This document shows positions 48,998 to 61,474 of a DNA stretch of 64,000 nt, one piece after another. This DNA comes from Eledone cirrhosa (taxonomy: Eukaryota): assembly GCA_964016885.1 (NCBI GenBank), contig OZ024754.1, forward strand, positions 22,754,001-22,818,000, written 5' to 3'. Position numbers and translations under genes: made by a program. Numbering within the stretch: position 1 is the stretch's first letter; the number at the start of each line of letters is the position of its first letter. A model generated the notes under the pieces. The model was not told where the DNA came from. It saw only the letters and a program-made list of their open reading frames with translations, and made no database searches.

Positions 48998-51300
48998 GCA
49001 AAGTGGTCGTGGAATCCATCAGGGAGAGAGAGACTGAGCATAAGAGGAATCAAATGCTGTGTGCAGTAGAGGCGGGAATCCATCAGGTCCAGCAGCTGAG
49101 TTTGTTCTAATTTCGTCTATGGCATGTACCACATCCTCCTCCGTTATGTCTATGTGGCTGATGGTCGCCATTTCTTCATGGAGTGTTGTAGCATCAAAGA
49201 AATCCTATGGCTTTGTTATTTGCATGTGCCTCAGTGGACATGTGAACACAACTTTTGTACTGTTCGTTCAGTATTTCACTTATCTCTTGGGGATTCTCGG
49301 TTAATGAACCGTCTTTATGGAAGTGTGGCCCAATCTTGCAGTGTACCGAGACAGTCTCTTTTGCAAATTTAAAGAAGGCTTTAGGGTTTGTTTTAATATT
49401 TTCTATGGCCCTGATTTCTTTCTTTGCTCTCTCATTTTCATAGGAAAGTATGAGTGCAATCTCGATGTCAAGTAGTGCACATTTCAAATAGGATTCCTTC
49501 TTGTTTTTGTTTTTTTGTTGTGCATTCAACTGGTTTGAGAGTTTAGTTCTTCGTCTCATAAGGATTTTCCTATCTCTGGGAATAAGATTTCTGTGTCTGT
49601 TGGCCTTTTTTTCCGGGACAAACTTTTGGCATATAGTTTGTATCATTGTCATGAAGTGTTGAAAATGTGTGTTGGTGTCTTGTGTGACGATGTTGTCACT
49701 CCATATTTGCTTCCGGATTTCTCTCTTTTTCCAGTTAGCCTTGTAGAAGTTAAGGCTGTGCTTCTTGATGGTTGTGTCTCTGTTGATTCTCTCGGACCAC
49801 ATATCATTAGTTCTACTAAGTTATGATCCGAGAAAGTTGTTGGTGTCACCTTTACATTGTGGATGAGCACAGCGTTGTTAGTAAAGCAGAGATCTAGGAC
49901 ATTCTCGCCTCTTGTTGGGAGGAGTACTGCTTGTTCCATGAACAGCCTGTGTGTGAGGGCCAGCAGGGACTCCGTCTGTCTCTGTTCTATTGATGTCATT
50001 CCAGGGAGGAAGTGGCCCTCAGGCCATTTGACCTTTGGCAGGTTGAAGTCTCCCAGCAGTAGAATGTTGAGACCCTGGTCCAGTTTGTCAAGGACCTCTT
50101 CTATCCTACTGAGGCTATCCTCAAATTTTCCCTCATGACTGGGGGCATCAGGTGGCTGATATGTGACACCTATTACCGTCTTTAGTTGCTTCATATGTAC
50201 TATCAGTGTGTCACAGATTGAGTTTGAATGTGTCAACAGTACAATTGGTGTGACATCTTCACAGATATACAGAGCAACTCCACCATGAGTTCTCTCCTTC
50301 CTGTCCAAACGAAATACAGTATATTTTGGTATATGTATTTCTGCATCTGCTATACTGCTTGTCAGGTGCGTTTCGGTTAGTGCCATGCATAATGCTTGAT
50401 TGTTTATGGCTAAGTCTCCCAGGTAGGAAATTTTACTCATGTTAGTGAGTTTCACCAGCCTCTGACATTCAGCAGCAGCAATGGTGTGACTTTTGGGGTG
50501 CCAGTAATGGCTGTCGGTGTGACACCTGGCCTGGTGTCAGCGGCAGCCACCCTGGGTCCCTTAATTGTGGTGGTCTTGAGTGCTAGTGTGAGTGACCTTG
50601 GTACTGAAAACGATGCAGCCAGGTCAGCTGCCCCACAATCTTCTCTGCCATCACTAAAAAATTTATTTGCTCTGCTACCACCATCTGTATCTTGTCGGCA
50701 GCTTGCATCGGTTCTGGTTTTGGCTGGGGCATGTTGTGTGAGCAGGTTGGGCGTAGTTCGCTTGGGGCCTGGGGTGAGCGAATCTACAGCCTGTCCCTGT
50801 TTCTCCATGCCAGCAGGTCTCGTTCCTGAAGAACTTGCACGTTACCTGGGTTTTTTTGTTCCCAGTGTCACGGCGCATCCTGTTCTTCCTTTGGACAGTT
50901 GTCCACTGGTCCCTCTCTGCTTGGTTATCTTTCGGAAGGTGATTTCGCTTCTCACCTTTACCACTTGCCTGTTGTTTTCCCGGTCTGCCTTCCTTGACTG
51001 TGGCGGCGGGTATTTCATTTTCTTTCAGGTCTGTGCCTGTGCTTTCTTCCTTTTCTTTTTCTTTCTCCTCGTTTTTCTCTTCCTTGAGGACACGGCTTAG
51101 CATGGCCATGTGTGGCGCTATGAGGACACAGGCTCTCTCAATTTCTCTTTTTCTGTCTATCTGTGCCAAAGTCCTCAGAAAGCCATGGTTCTTCAGAGTC
51201 TCTGCAATATTTTGCTTGGTAGTGACCCATCAGCCAGGCTCCACACCTTGATCAACACCTCTAGTTCCATCTTTGACTAGTTTCGCTGGCTTTTAATTTC
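48998..51300 (-). mobile_element. CR1-group LINE 5' half: ORF1 with CCCH zinc finger plus APE endonuclease
   Basis: ORF1 CKFFRNETCWHGETGTGCRFAH. ORF2 LLNVRG, LTETHL, GDFNLP, LDLCFTN, SDHNLV, NPKAFFKF, and SAAGPDG at the truncation point. Confidence 0.82.
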
Positions 51301-51984
51301 ATTTCCTCCCTGCATGCAGTCCATTTCGTTGTAGAGGGGAGAGAGAGAGATAGGGGGAAGGGTAGGGAAAAGGTTAGAGGGGGAGAGAGAGAGAGAGATA
51401 AATCCAGTGAGAAATTTAAGGAGTGATTTAGAGGGAGAGAGAGAGAGCTTGTGAAATCTAGAGAGAGAAAAAGAAAGGAGAGAGATAGGAGAGACAGAAG
51501 AGAGGAGAGAGAGAGATAGCGGGCAGGGTGGGGAAAAGGTTAGAGAGAGAGATAGATAAGTCCAGTGAGAAATTCAAGGTGCAATTTAGAGGGAGAGAGA
51601 GAGAGAGCTTGTGCAATCTAGAGAGAGAGAAAGAAGGAGAGAGATAGGAGAGAGACAGAGACAGCATGAAAAATAGCAACGGAGACTTGAACAGGTCAAA
51701 GATAATTATAAATATTAATATCGTTTGAAATTAATATTTCGCGATTAAAACATGGATAACCAAAACAAAGTGTAAACAAATGATAAAAACATGAAATATA
51801 AAAGGAGACAAAATAAATTAAAATAAATTAAATTAATGAAATCCAAATAAGTTTAAAAATATAGAATCGCGAAAGATTTAGATAAGATATGATGATTTGA
51901 TGATTTTAACTGTAGGTATTGGTTCGTTTACAAATATACTTTCAAATCAAAATAACTTGTAATGTATATATATAATGAATCCTA

Positions 51985-52720
51985 GTTATTATAATACCAT
52001 GGCTGAGATGACTGTCAGTTTTGGGTTTCCATTGAAGGTCACCCCCAACACTCGCGGGGAGACAGATATTATTTCCCTCACCAATAGACTGGTTTTTCCA
52101 CTGAAAACAAAACCCACTCCTCCTACTGCAGCATTGGTCATGTTCCTCACTGCCGATGTGGTGATGAGCTGGCTCATCTTCCCATCATCACACTCTTCAC
52201 GGGCTCATCGTGTAGGTTCCTGTGTTCTTGGATCGCAAGTATCTGTATACCACTCTCCTCAAACAGATGACCCAACTCCTCTCTCTTCTCCAGCGTCCAA
52301 ATAGTCCTCACATTCAAAGTGCCCATTTTGATGGCTCTTCTGCAGGACAAAACTGCATTCTTTATATTTGTCTCAGAGACAGCTGATCCATCATCCACTG
52401 GCCCTCTCTGTGGCACTAAACCAGCAGAGTCATAATGACCAGACTGCTCCTTGACAGTGTAGTTAGGGGCTCTAACCCTAGTGCTGTTAAATACACTCTC
52501 CATGGTTCTTGTCAGTGGCTGATAATACCTTACTGGCGCCACTCGAATAAGGTAATTATTTAACCCATAAATGGGGCCCTAACAGGTACTACTGCTCTGG
52601 ACCAGAGAAGACCTGGGAGTTATGACAACTAAGGGGTAACTCCACATTCCCCACAACTCCTGAACTCCCGAACTGGAACCTTGCCACTGGATGTAGTTTA
52701 ATGTCATACCCAGGACATTT
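51985..52720 (-). mobile_element. RTE-like element 5' fragment (5' UTR plus endonuclease N-terminus)
   Basis: GTLNVRT, ILAIQEHR, GGVGF, SPRVL...TVISA motifs. Confidence 0.78.
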
Positions 52721-52730
52721 ATATATATAT

Positions 52731-53145
52731 ACAGAAGACCGCCTTGCCTAAGTACAAAGCAAAACTTACAGTCAGTAGGCACCTCTAACAAAAATACCCC
52801 CCCCCCCCCACACACACACACCCACCCCATCCACACCACCCCTTTCGATGTAAAGATATGTTGGTACCACAACATCCAGTCCGAAATAAATGAGGTCGTG
52901 TAGGTGTCATGAAAAAAAAACACACAGTCCACGCTGTAATGTGGCCGTGTAGGTAACACGGTAAAAACCTCCCAGTCCACACTGTAAATGTGGTTGGTGT
53001 TAGGAAGGGCATCCAGCCGTAGAAAACCCGCCAGACAGTCCTATTCGAGCAAGACAACCAATCTTGCCTCAAGTGGGAAAACTCCCGTCCAAACCCATGC
53101 ATGCGTGGAAGATGGACGTTAAACGATGATGATGATGATGATGAT
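52731..53145 (+). mobile_element. RTE 3' UTR fragment with (GAT)n tail
   Basis: Reverse complement of the 3' UTR at 44151-44550. Confidence 0.92.
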
Positions 53146-53174
53146 ATATATATATATATATATATATCATCATC

Positions 53175-54100
53175 ACCACAGTACTGAAATATGCAGATGA
53201 CATCAAGCTGTACCTTGAGATAGAAAGGACAGATACTGAACACTATAGATCTTGCCTGCAATCTGACCTGGACACAATGCAACAATGGATCATGGACTGG
53301 CAACTGAAGCTGGCTGTGGACAAGTTTACCACCATGCATTTTGGGAGTAAAAACCCAGCATCCACATACTCCCTCCACAACACTAATATCAAGAAGTCTT
53401 CTTGTGAACATGACCTGGGCATTACTGTCAGCAGCGATTTACGTTGGACGAAGCATGTCTCTAAAATTGTCAAGAAGGCCAAGAGTGTCTTAGCATCACT
53501 CAGCAAGATCTTTGTCAATCACTCTCTGGCTATCTATTTAAAGCTGTATATAGCTATGGTGCAGTCACACTTAGAATTTGCATCCCCAGTCTGGAACCCC
53601 TATCTTGCTCAGAACATTGACCAGCTGGAAACTGTTCAGAGACATGCAACCAAGCGAATACCCTCCATCAGGCATCTACCATACTCTGAATGCCTTGCTT
53701 ACCTGGGCATGGATACATTGAAGCTCCGACATCTGGAAACTGACTTGGTAAACACCCACAAGATTATTAACCATCTTGCCAACAACAACCCCGAGCACCT
53801 TTTTGAATTCCTTGTGTCTAACACACGTGAGCATGCCTACAAAGACAGAAAACAGCACAGCTTCCATGACATTCGGAAACATTTTTTCACGCTCAGAGTT
53901 GCTGAAGCATGGAACAAACTACCAGCATCAGTTATTAGCTGTCGAGACACTGCATCCTTTAAAACCTCCATGCTTCCTGAGATTCGCCAACACTACACCT
54001 AATATTTCCTCTCCATACACACGCACACATATATATCATGACTCATACACTATTCACTCCCTTGACATTTGTATATTATTCTATTGCCTGCAAAACTATA
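53175..54100 (+). mobile_element. CR1-like LINE 3' fragment
   Basis: YADDIKLY, DLGIT, HLEFASPVWNP, LETVQRHATK, FFTLRVAEAWNKLP: a CR1 ORF2 C-terminus. Confidence 0.9.
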
Positions 54101-54459
54101 ATGAACAGATATATATATATATAACAAAGAAAGTATGGTAAAAAACCAGGTGGACCATAACACACCAGAGTACTCGATACTTAGGGTAGTAGAGTGGGTA
54201 ATAGGAAAAGAGTCAGGACCCCGACGGCTGAGATCTGGCCGTTTTGGCTCAAAGATCCCCGCCACCAGATCTTCATATAGCTTGAAGATAAATCTCTTGG
54301 AGAGTGGCCGGCACTTTAACAATTTGCGTTCCGATGTTGATTCACCGGATTTAACGTTTTGTGTTGTGTATTTTGTAAACCAGGTCGTTATATTATTATT
54401 ATTAATTAACACATTAAATGAAAACAAACTCCTACAGGTATTCATTGTATTGCGCCCCG

Positions 54460-55087
54460 ATGATTTCTGGTTTAGGTACAACGCCAGCAATTTTGGGGGA
54501 GTGGAAAGTAGATCAAATTAACCCCTGTGCGTGACTGGTACTTTATTTTATCGACCCTCCGTAACGATAAAAGGCAAGGCTAACCTCAGCAGGATTTGAA
54601 CTCAGAACGTAATTTATAATAATAATTGTTTCTACTTTTGGCACAAGGCCAGCAATTATCCCAGTGTATTATTGCTACTTTATTTTATCGACCCCGTAAT
54701 TTATAATAATAATTGTTTCTACATTTGGCACAAGGCCAGCAATTACCCCAGTATATTACTGATACTTTATTTTATCGACCCCGTAGGATGAAAGGCAAAG
54801 TCAACCTCGGCAGGATTTGAACTCAGATCAGAAAGGGGCGTAACACTGTACTGCAAAGCATGGCGTCCGACACCTCAGAAATAATGGTTTCTTATTTAGG
54901 CACAAGGCCAACACTTTGGGGGAAGGGGAAAGTCGATAAAATTAACCGTGTATTACTGGTACTTTATTTTATCGACCCCGTAAGGATGAAAGGCAAAGCT
55001 AACCTCGACGTTATTTGAACTCAGAACGTAAAGGGGCGTAACTCTATGCTGCAAAGCATGGCGTTCAACCTTCTACCGATACTGCCA
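54460..55087 (-). mobile_element. Tandem cluster of ~4 SINE copies or partials in intron 1 near exon 1
   Basis: Repeated SINE cores at ~54465, 54620, 54710 and 54885. Confidence 0.88.
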
Positions 55088-55502
55088 TGGATTCGGATTC
55101 ACAAATTACGAAATACATTTCACTTTGTGTTTATTGTTTATTTAACCAATTTAATCGTCCGATAAAACCTGATATGCCACAACAGACTGAGAACGGCATC
55201 AATACCCCTTATATAAGAGAGAGAGAAGAAAAGAGAAACAAAAATAAGGAAAAGGGACAGATAAGAACAGCTGCTTTTGTTGTTTAATCGTTTTATAGCC
55301 TCAACCAATTATACAAAACGATCGAAAGAATTTTAATAACCATCGTATATTGTTGATGACGAGTGCTTCAACTGTAGAATACATTTTCGATGGTGCAAAC
55401 CCGGATAAACTCATGATTGTACTTGTAAACCTGTGCACACAGACACGGGAAAAGTGGTGTAAACTTTGTTAAACGTCCGCTAAATTTAAAAGCTATACTT
55501 AC

Positions 55503-55611
55503 CATAGTGTGTGTGAGATAGAAAGAACATGGTAGATGATAGGTTTTCTCCATCAAATCGGTCAAGAGATATAAAAGAATATTCTAACATACGACCCTGA
55601 AATGTACTCAT
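55503..55611 (-). CDS. DCLRE1C: Artemis (DNA cross-link repair 1C) coding exon 1
   Basis: ATG at 55611 translates [36 protein letters not shown]-(D), matching the Artemis N-terminus (human [33 protein letters not shown]). 109 bp, followed by a GTAAGT donor. Confidence 0.96.
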
Positions 55612-56026
55612 TTTGTCAGTTTACTTCAGACAAGTGCAGTACAATGACACTAGATACTTTCATAACTACCTCCTTGTAGGATATAACATTATTATACTGT
55701 TAAACTCTTCTGTATTTAGGAATTACCTCCCTTGATTTCTACTGTGAGGGTGCTTGGTTGTTTCAGCATTGCTATCTACTGCGGTAACGCTGCCAGTATG
55801 CTGCTTGCCTAAAAAAGTATTAGAGAGAGAGTGAGGCTCCGGCATCCCTTGTGGGTGTGTAGCTGATTGACATACTTTGTCTTGAATTAATATTTTCTTT
55901 CGTTTTGATTCTATATTTTCATGTGGAATATTTATGTAAATAACTAATAGAGATGTGTATGAATGTGTTGGCTTTTGATAGCTATGACGTTCGTGTTTGT
56001 AATTTCAAGCTATTTACATTTTACAA

Positions 56027-56770
56027 ATAATTGTTTCTACTTTTGGCACAAGGCTAGTAAATACCCAGTACATTACTGGTACTTTATTTTATCGACCCCG
56101 TAAGGATGAGAGGCAAAGTTAACCTCGACGGGATTTGAACTCAGACCGTAAAGGGACGTAACTATGCTAGAAAGCATGGCGTCCAACCCTCTACCGATAC
56201 TGCCAATTCTACAAATAATGAAGAAAAGGTATGAAATTTCCAGAGAATAATATATATTGTATTTTGGGAGTGTCATGCTGATAATTAATATATGCACTCG
56301 ATATGATTCATTTGAGTTTTTTATTATTCAGGGCGGTAGATTGTCAGTATCGGTCGAGAGTCGGACACCATGCTTTGCAGCATAGAATTACGGTCCTTTA
56401 CGGTCTGAGTTCAAATCCCGCCGAGGTTAACTTTGCCTTTCATCCTTACGGGGTCGATAAAATAAAGCATCAGTAACGTATTGGGGTCGATTTAATCGAC
56501 TTTCCCCTCGCCCCAAATTACTGGCCTTGTGCCTATACTAGAAATCATTATTATTTAGGACAGTGAATTGGCAGAATCAGTAGATCGTCGGACACTATGC
56601 TTCGTGGCATAATTACATCCCTTTACGTTCTGAGTTCAAATCTCACCGAGGTTAGCTTCGCAATTCATCCTTACAGGGTTGATAAAATAAAACACTAGCA
56701 ACATACTGGGTTCAATTTAATCGACTTACCCCTTCCCCTCAAATTGTTGGCCTTGTGCCTGAATCAGAAA
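56027..56770. mobile_element. Three SINE copies upstream of Artemis (one minus, two plus)
   Basis: 56027-56208 on minus; 56330-56552 and 56558-56775 on plus. Confidence 0.88.
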
Positions 56771-57485
56771 TCATTATTAATCAGAAAGACGTTTTGCCAT
56801 CTCAATTTCACCTTTATTCTCTTTGTCTTTCATAATATAAAAGATCATCTGAGAATCTTAAGAGAAATGAAATATAAACCTCATGCCTATGTAGCTTTAG
56901 CTGATCTCCATGAGATTGTACTTCATAGAAGGTTTCTTTGGTCTTTTAACGATAGAAGCAACAGAACTATCATTAAAAACTATGTAAAATGAAGTGTTTT
57001 GTTTAAGAGCACAATGCAATGCCCAGTTGAGGAATCAAACTCACAACTTTATGATTGTAAGTTCAACACACTAACCACTAATTCATGTGCCTTCATGACT
57101 AGTCCATCATGTACATATACATGCACACACACATGCATGTATGTGTATATATCATCATGATCCTTTTTACGTCCATTTTTCCATGCTTGCATGGGTTGGA
57201 CAGGCCTTTCTCAGTACAGCATCTCTCCATTTGTCATCTCCTCTTCTAGGCTTAGAGATTTGAGGTCAGCTCTCATAACTTCTACCCTGGTCTTTCTTGG
57301 TTGTCCTCCACTGGGATTTCTGTCATTTCTTCACCCATCGGTCATTGTCCATGTGCATCACATATCAATATCAATGCAGTCTTCTCTCCTGCACACCATC
57401 TCGGATTCCCCTTAAACCCAGCTTCTCCCTAAGCTCTACCTTTCTCTCACATTTACATTGCGCATCCAATGAAACATATATATAT

Positions 57486-57677
57486 AATTGTTTCTACTTT
57501 TGGCACAAGGCCAGCAATTATATCAGTGTATTACTGGTACTTTATTTTATCGACCCCGTAAGGATGAAAGGCAAAGTTAACCTCGGCAGTATTGGAACTC
57601 AGATCATAAAGGGAGGTAACTCTATGCTTTAAAGAATGGCGTCCGGCCCTCTACCGATACTGCCAATCCACCGCCCC
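57486..57677 (-). mobile_element. tRNA-derived SINE
   Basis: Same family, within a (TA)n context. Confidence 0.88.
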
Positions 57678-58196
57678 ATATATATATATATATACTAGTA
57701 TAGTACTTGTCAAAAATGATAGTGTTTAGAGTAATTTGATTTGATTCTTTGATTACAGCATTCTATGCAAAGATTCTTGAATCCTCATGTTTCCTTTATC
57801 TTGTCACTCATATATATATTGTAATACATAGGTGGATAGATGATTCTCTTATCTCCTGATCTCACTCCAAAATAGTAAATAGATATATGGAAAAGCATGG
57901 ATCATCTGACTGATAAAATGACAAGTCAGTCAATCATATTGGTGGCCTCCCCACAGTCCCGGCGGACAGAATAGAGAAGGCGTTTCCATCAATGTTGTTT
58001 TTATTGTTGTCTGAACACCCACATTTACATATGTATGTCTGCCCAATTATATACATACATATATATATTCTCCATTTTTTCACTCAAAAAGACAAATACC
58101 GCTTGAGACAAAACAACAAAATTCAGAAATTTATTAACTCATTACAAAAAAAGAAAAATTTACATGTCACAAACTCATAAGTCCTATTTTGTGTAA

Positions 58197-58407
58197 CCCT
58201 TTAGCATTTAAACTGGCCATAATTCTCTCACCTCATTCTGTTCAAACCGGCTGCAACCAGCCCTTCATACTGACATTAAGGTATTGTTCTCAAAATAAAT
58301 AATATCAAAATCTCATAGATTCGATATTATTTGAGATAATTATGTATGATAAAGCCTTTATCCCAGAAATACAATAGTAAATATAGAGTAATGTAAATGC
58401 TAAAGGG
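58197..58407. mobile_element. piggyBac-like MITE
   Basis: Terminal inverted repeats ccctttagcattta / taaatgctaaaggg. Flanked by gtaa (degenerate TTAA) and ttaa. Confidence 0.7.
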
Positions 58408-58811
58408 TTAATGTAATTGATCATGTTTTTGTTTTTACTTTTTCGTTAAACTAAATTATATAAAAGAAATATATTTTTCCCTGATGATTTTTTATAAAGC
58501 TGAGAAATTGAGTTTCTGAGTAAAATAAATAGATCTAGTCTATTCATTTGTAGTAAGCTCTTTATATATTGTGAGCCTTTCCATAAAAAAAAAAGCCTTA
58601 ATGTCCTATACCACATGAAATTGCATTAACAAGATGTTCTTGAAAAACACAAAGCAACACTGATTGCATCACATTAAAAAACAAAGTCTTTAATATTGCA
58701 AATTTTCATAAAGGTATCTTGACTATTAAATATAAACACTTGCATTAACAAACCTGTTTTTAGATATTTTCTGCTAAATGATTACAGGATGTTAAGACAA
58801 AAGTATATGAG

Positions 58812-59592
58812 TGTGTGAACGGCAAAGCATAAACGAACTAAGGAAAAAATTAGAAATAAGAGGGATCAGATGTTGTTTACTCGAGAGAAAGCTACGTTGG
58901 TACGGTCACGTGATGCACATGAAAGACGACAGCTGTATAACAAAGTGCAGGGCAATAAAGATAGACGGTAGCCACGGAGTAGGCAGACCCAGAAAAACAT
59001 GGGACGAGCTGATAAATTCCGACCTCACACGCTTACACCTCTCCAAGACAATGTCACTGGACCGAGACCTTTGGCGGTACTCAGTAATAGAGAAGACCCG
59101 CCTTACCTAAATACAAAGTAAAAACCTACTACACCCCCGTCCCACCACCCTCCACCCCACCCACACCGCCCCTTTCAATGTAAAGTTATGTTGGTCCCAC
59201 AACATCCAGGCCGAAACAAATGAGATCGTGTAGGTGTCACGACAAAAAACACACAGTCCACGCTGTAAATGTGGCCGTGTAGGCAACACGGTAAAAACCT
59301 CCCAGCCCCACACTGTAAATGTGGTTGGTGTTAGGAAGGGCATCCAGCTGTAGAAAACCCGCCACACAGTCCACGCTGTAATGTGGCCGTGTAGGCAACA
59401 CGGTAAAAACCTCCCAGCCCCACACTGTAAATGTGGTTGGTGTTAGGAAGGGCATCCAACTGTAGAAAACCCGCCAGACAGTCCTATGCGAGCAAGACAA
59501 CCACTCTTGCCTCAAGTGGGAAAACCCCCGTCCAAACCCATGCAAGCGTGGAACACGGACGCTAAACCTGATGATGATGATGATGATGATGA
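58812..59592 (+). mobile_element. RTE 3' fragment with internal tandem duplication
   Basis: RKLRWYGH..GRPRKTW, 3' UTR with a ~113-bp duplication, (GAT)n tail. Confidence 0.93.
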
Positions 59593-60086
59593 ATCATGTG
59601 TGTGTGAGAGAGAGAGAGAGCAAATTGGCAGAAACGTTGAGGGAGTAAGATAAAACACTTTCTGCAATATATTATATATTCCAGTTGTGAGTGCTTTTCA
59701 TTCATCTGAGGTCAATAAAATAAAGTAAGAGAGGGATAAGAGCATTGGACATGATGTCTATTGTAGTATCTGTTCTGGTGGTCTGCATTCCAAGTTCAAA
59801 TTCCACCAGTGGTCACAGTTAATCACCCAGCCATAGGATGTAAAGGGATAAAAGCAAAACAGTGGATTAAAATACTACAAGGTATTTTTTGTTTGATTTG
59901 ACTATCTCATGCAGACACACCCACTTACATATATATCCGTCTGATGGGCTTCCACACACGGGTTTTAATCAACCAAATTTGACTCACAAGACCTAGTTTG
60001 ACCTGAGGTTTGAGTAAGAGATACTTGCTGAAGGTGCTGTATAATTGAACTCACAACTATGTGGTTGCTAAGTGAACTTGTATATA

Positions 60087-61431
60087 TCATCATCGTTTAA
60101 CGTCCATTTTCCACGCTAACATGGGTCTGGACGGGAATTGTCCACTTGAGGCAAGATTGGTTGTCTTGCAGGTTTTCTACGGCTGGATGCCCTTCCTAAC
60201 ACCAACCACGTTTACAGTGTGGACTGGGAGGTTTTTACCGTGTTACCTACACGGCCACATTACAGCGTGGACTGTGTGTTTTTTTGTCGTGACACCTACA
60301 CGACCTCATTTGTTTCAGACTGGATGTTGTGGTACCAACATAATTTCACATTTTAGGGGGTGGTGTGGATGGGGTGGGGGTAGTGGGACGGGGGTGTATT
60401 TTGTTAGAGGTGCCTACTGACTGTAGGTTTCGCTTTGTACTTAGGCAAGGCGGGTCTTCTGTATAACTGTGTAGCGCCAAAGATCTCAGTCCAGTGACAT
60501 TGTTTTGGAGAGGTGTAAGTGTGTGAGGTCGGAATTTATCAAGTCGTCCCAGGTTTTTCTGGGTCTGCCTACTCCGTGGCTACCGTCTATTTTTATCGCC
60601 CTGCACTTTTTTTATACAGCTGTCGTCTTTCATGCGCATCACGTGACCGTACCAACGTAGTCTTCTCTCGAGTAAACATCTGATCCCTCTTATTCCTAAT
60701 TTCTCCCTTAGTTCGTTTATGCTTTGCCGTTCAAGTATATTACTATTACACATCCAGCGGAGCATGCAAGCTTCATTTCTCTCCAGTCTACGTATATCCT
60801 CTGCACACAATGCCCAGGTCTCACTGCCATGTAACATTGCTGTTCGTATGCAGGCATCATACAGCCTGCCTTTCATTTTTAGAGAGAACCCTTTAGCGGC
60901 CAATAGTGGTATAAGCTCTCTGAACTTTTTCCATCCTGTTCTGACTCTAGCTACTGTACTTTCAGAGCACCCTCCCCCACTGCTGATTTTGTCACCCAGG
61001 TAACGGAAGGTGTCCACTATTTCTATAGAACCATCTGTGCAATGGAATGAGCTAGTATTCTGTGGGCACTTGCTGCTACTTATTGTACCAGAGCACCGGC
61101 CACATATAAAATCTATATTCTTAGTTAGCTTACCTGTGATCCCACTACATCTTTTATGCACCCATACTTTGCATTTGGGACATAAAATGGAGTTTCTGCC
61201 TACTCCTTTCCTACACACTGAGCATGGCCATTTCCCAGATGGGACCGGTGCCCTATTTTCCTTCCCACAAACTAGAACTTTAGTCTTAGACAAGTTAACT
61301 TTAAGGCCTTTTGATTCTAAGCCATGCTTCCATGTTTGGAATTTCTTCTCTAGTTCCGCCATCGATTCAGCTATGAGCGTTAGATCATCTGCATATAGGA
61401 GTTCTCATGGGCAGCCGGTCTTGAACTCCTC

Positions 61432-61432
<1 letters not shown>
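60087..61432 (-). mobile_element. RTE 5'-truncated copy
   Basis: From LLYADD through the PHD-like finger and C-terminus to the 3' UTR. (TA)n on both sides. Confidence 0.94.

Positions 61433-61474
<42 letters not shown>

Noticed and set aside
54135-54521. Overlapping 128-aa and 146-aa ORFs on opposite strands in intron 1
   Set aside because: No recognisable domain; both run into SINE or simple sequence. Probably a transposon remnant.
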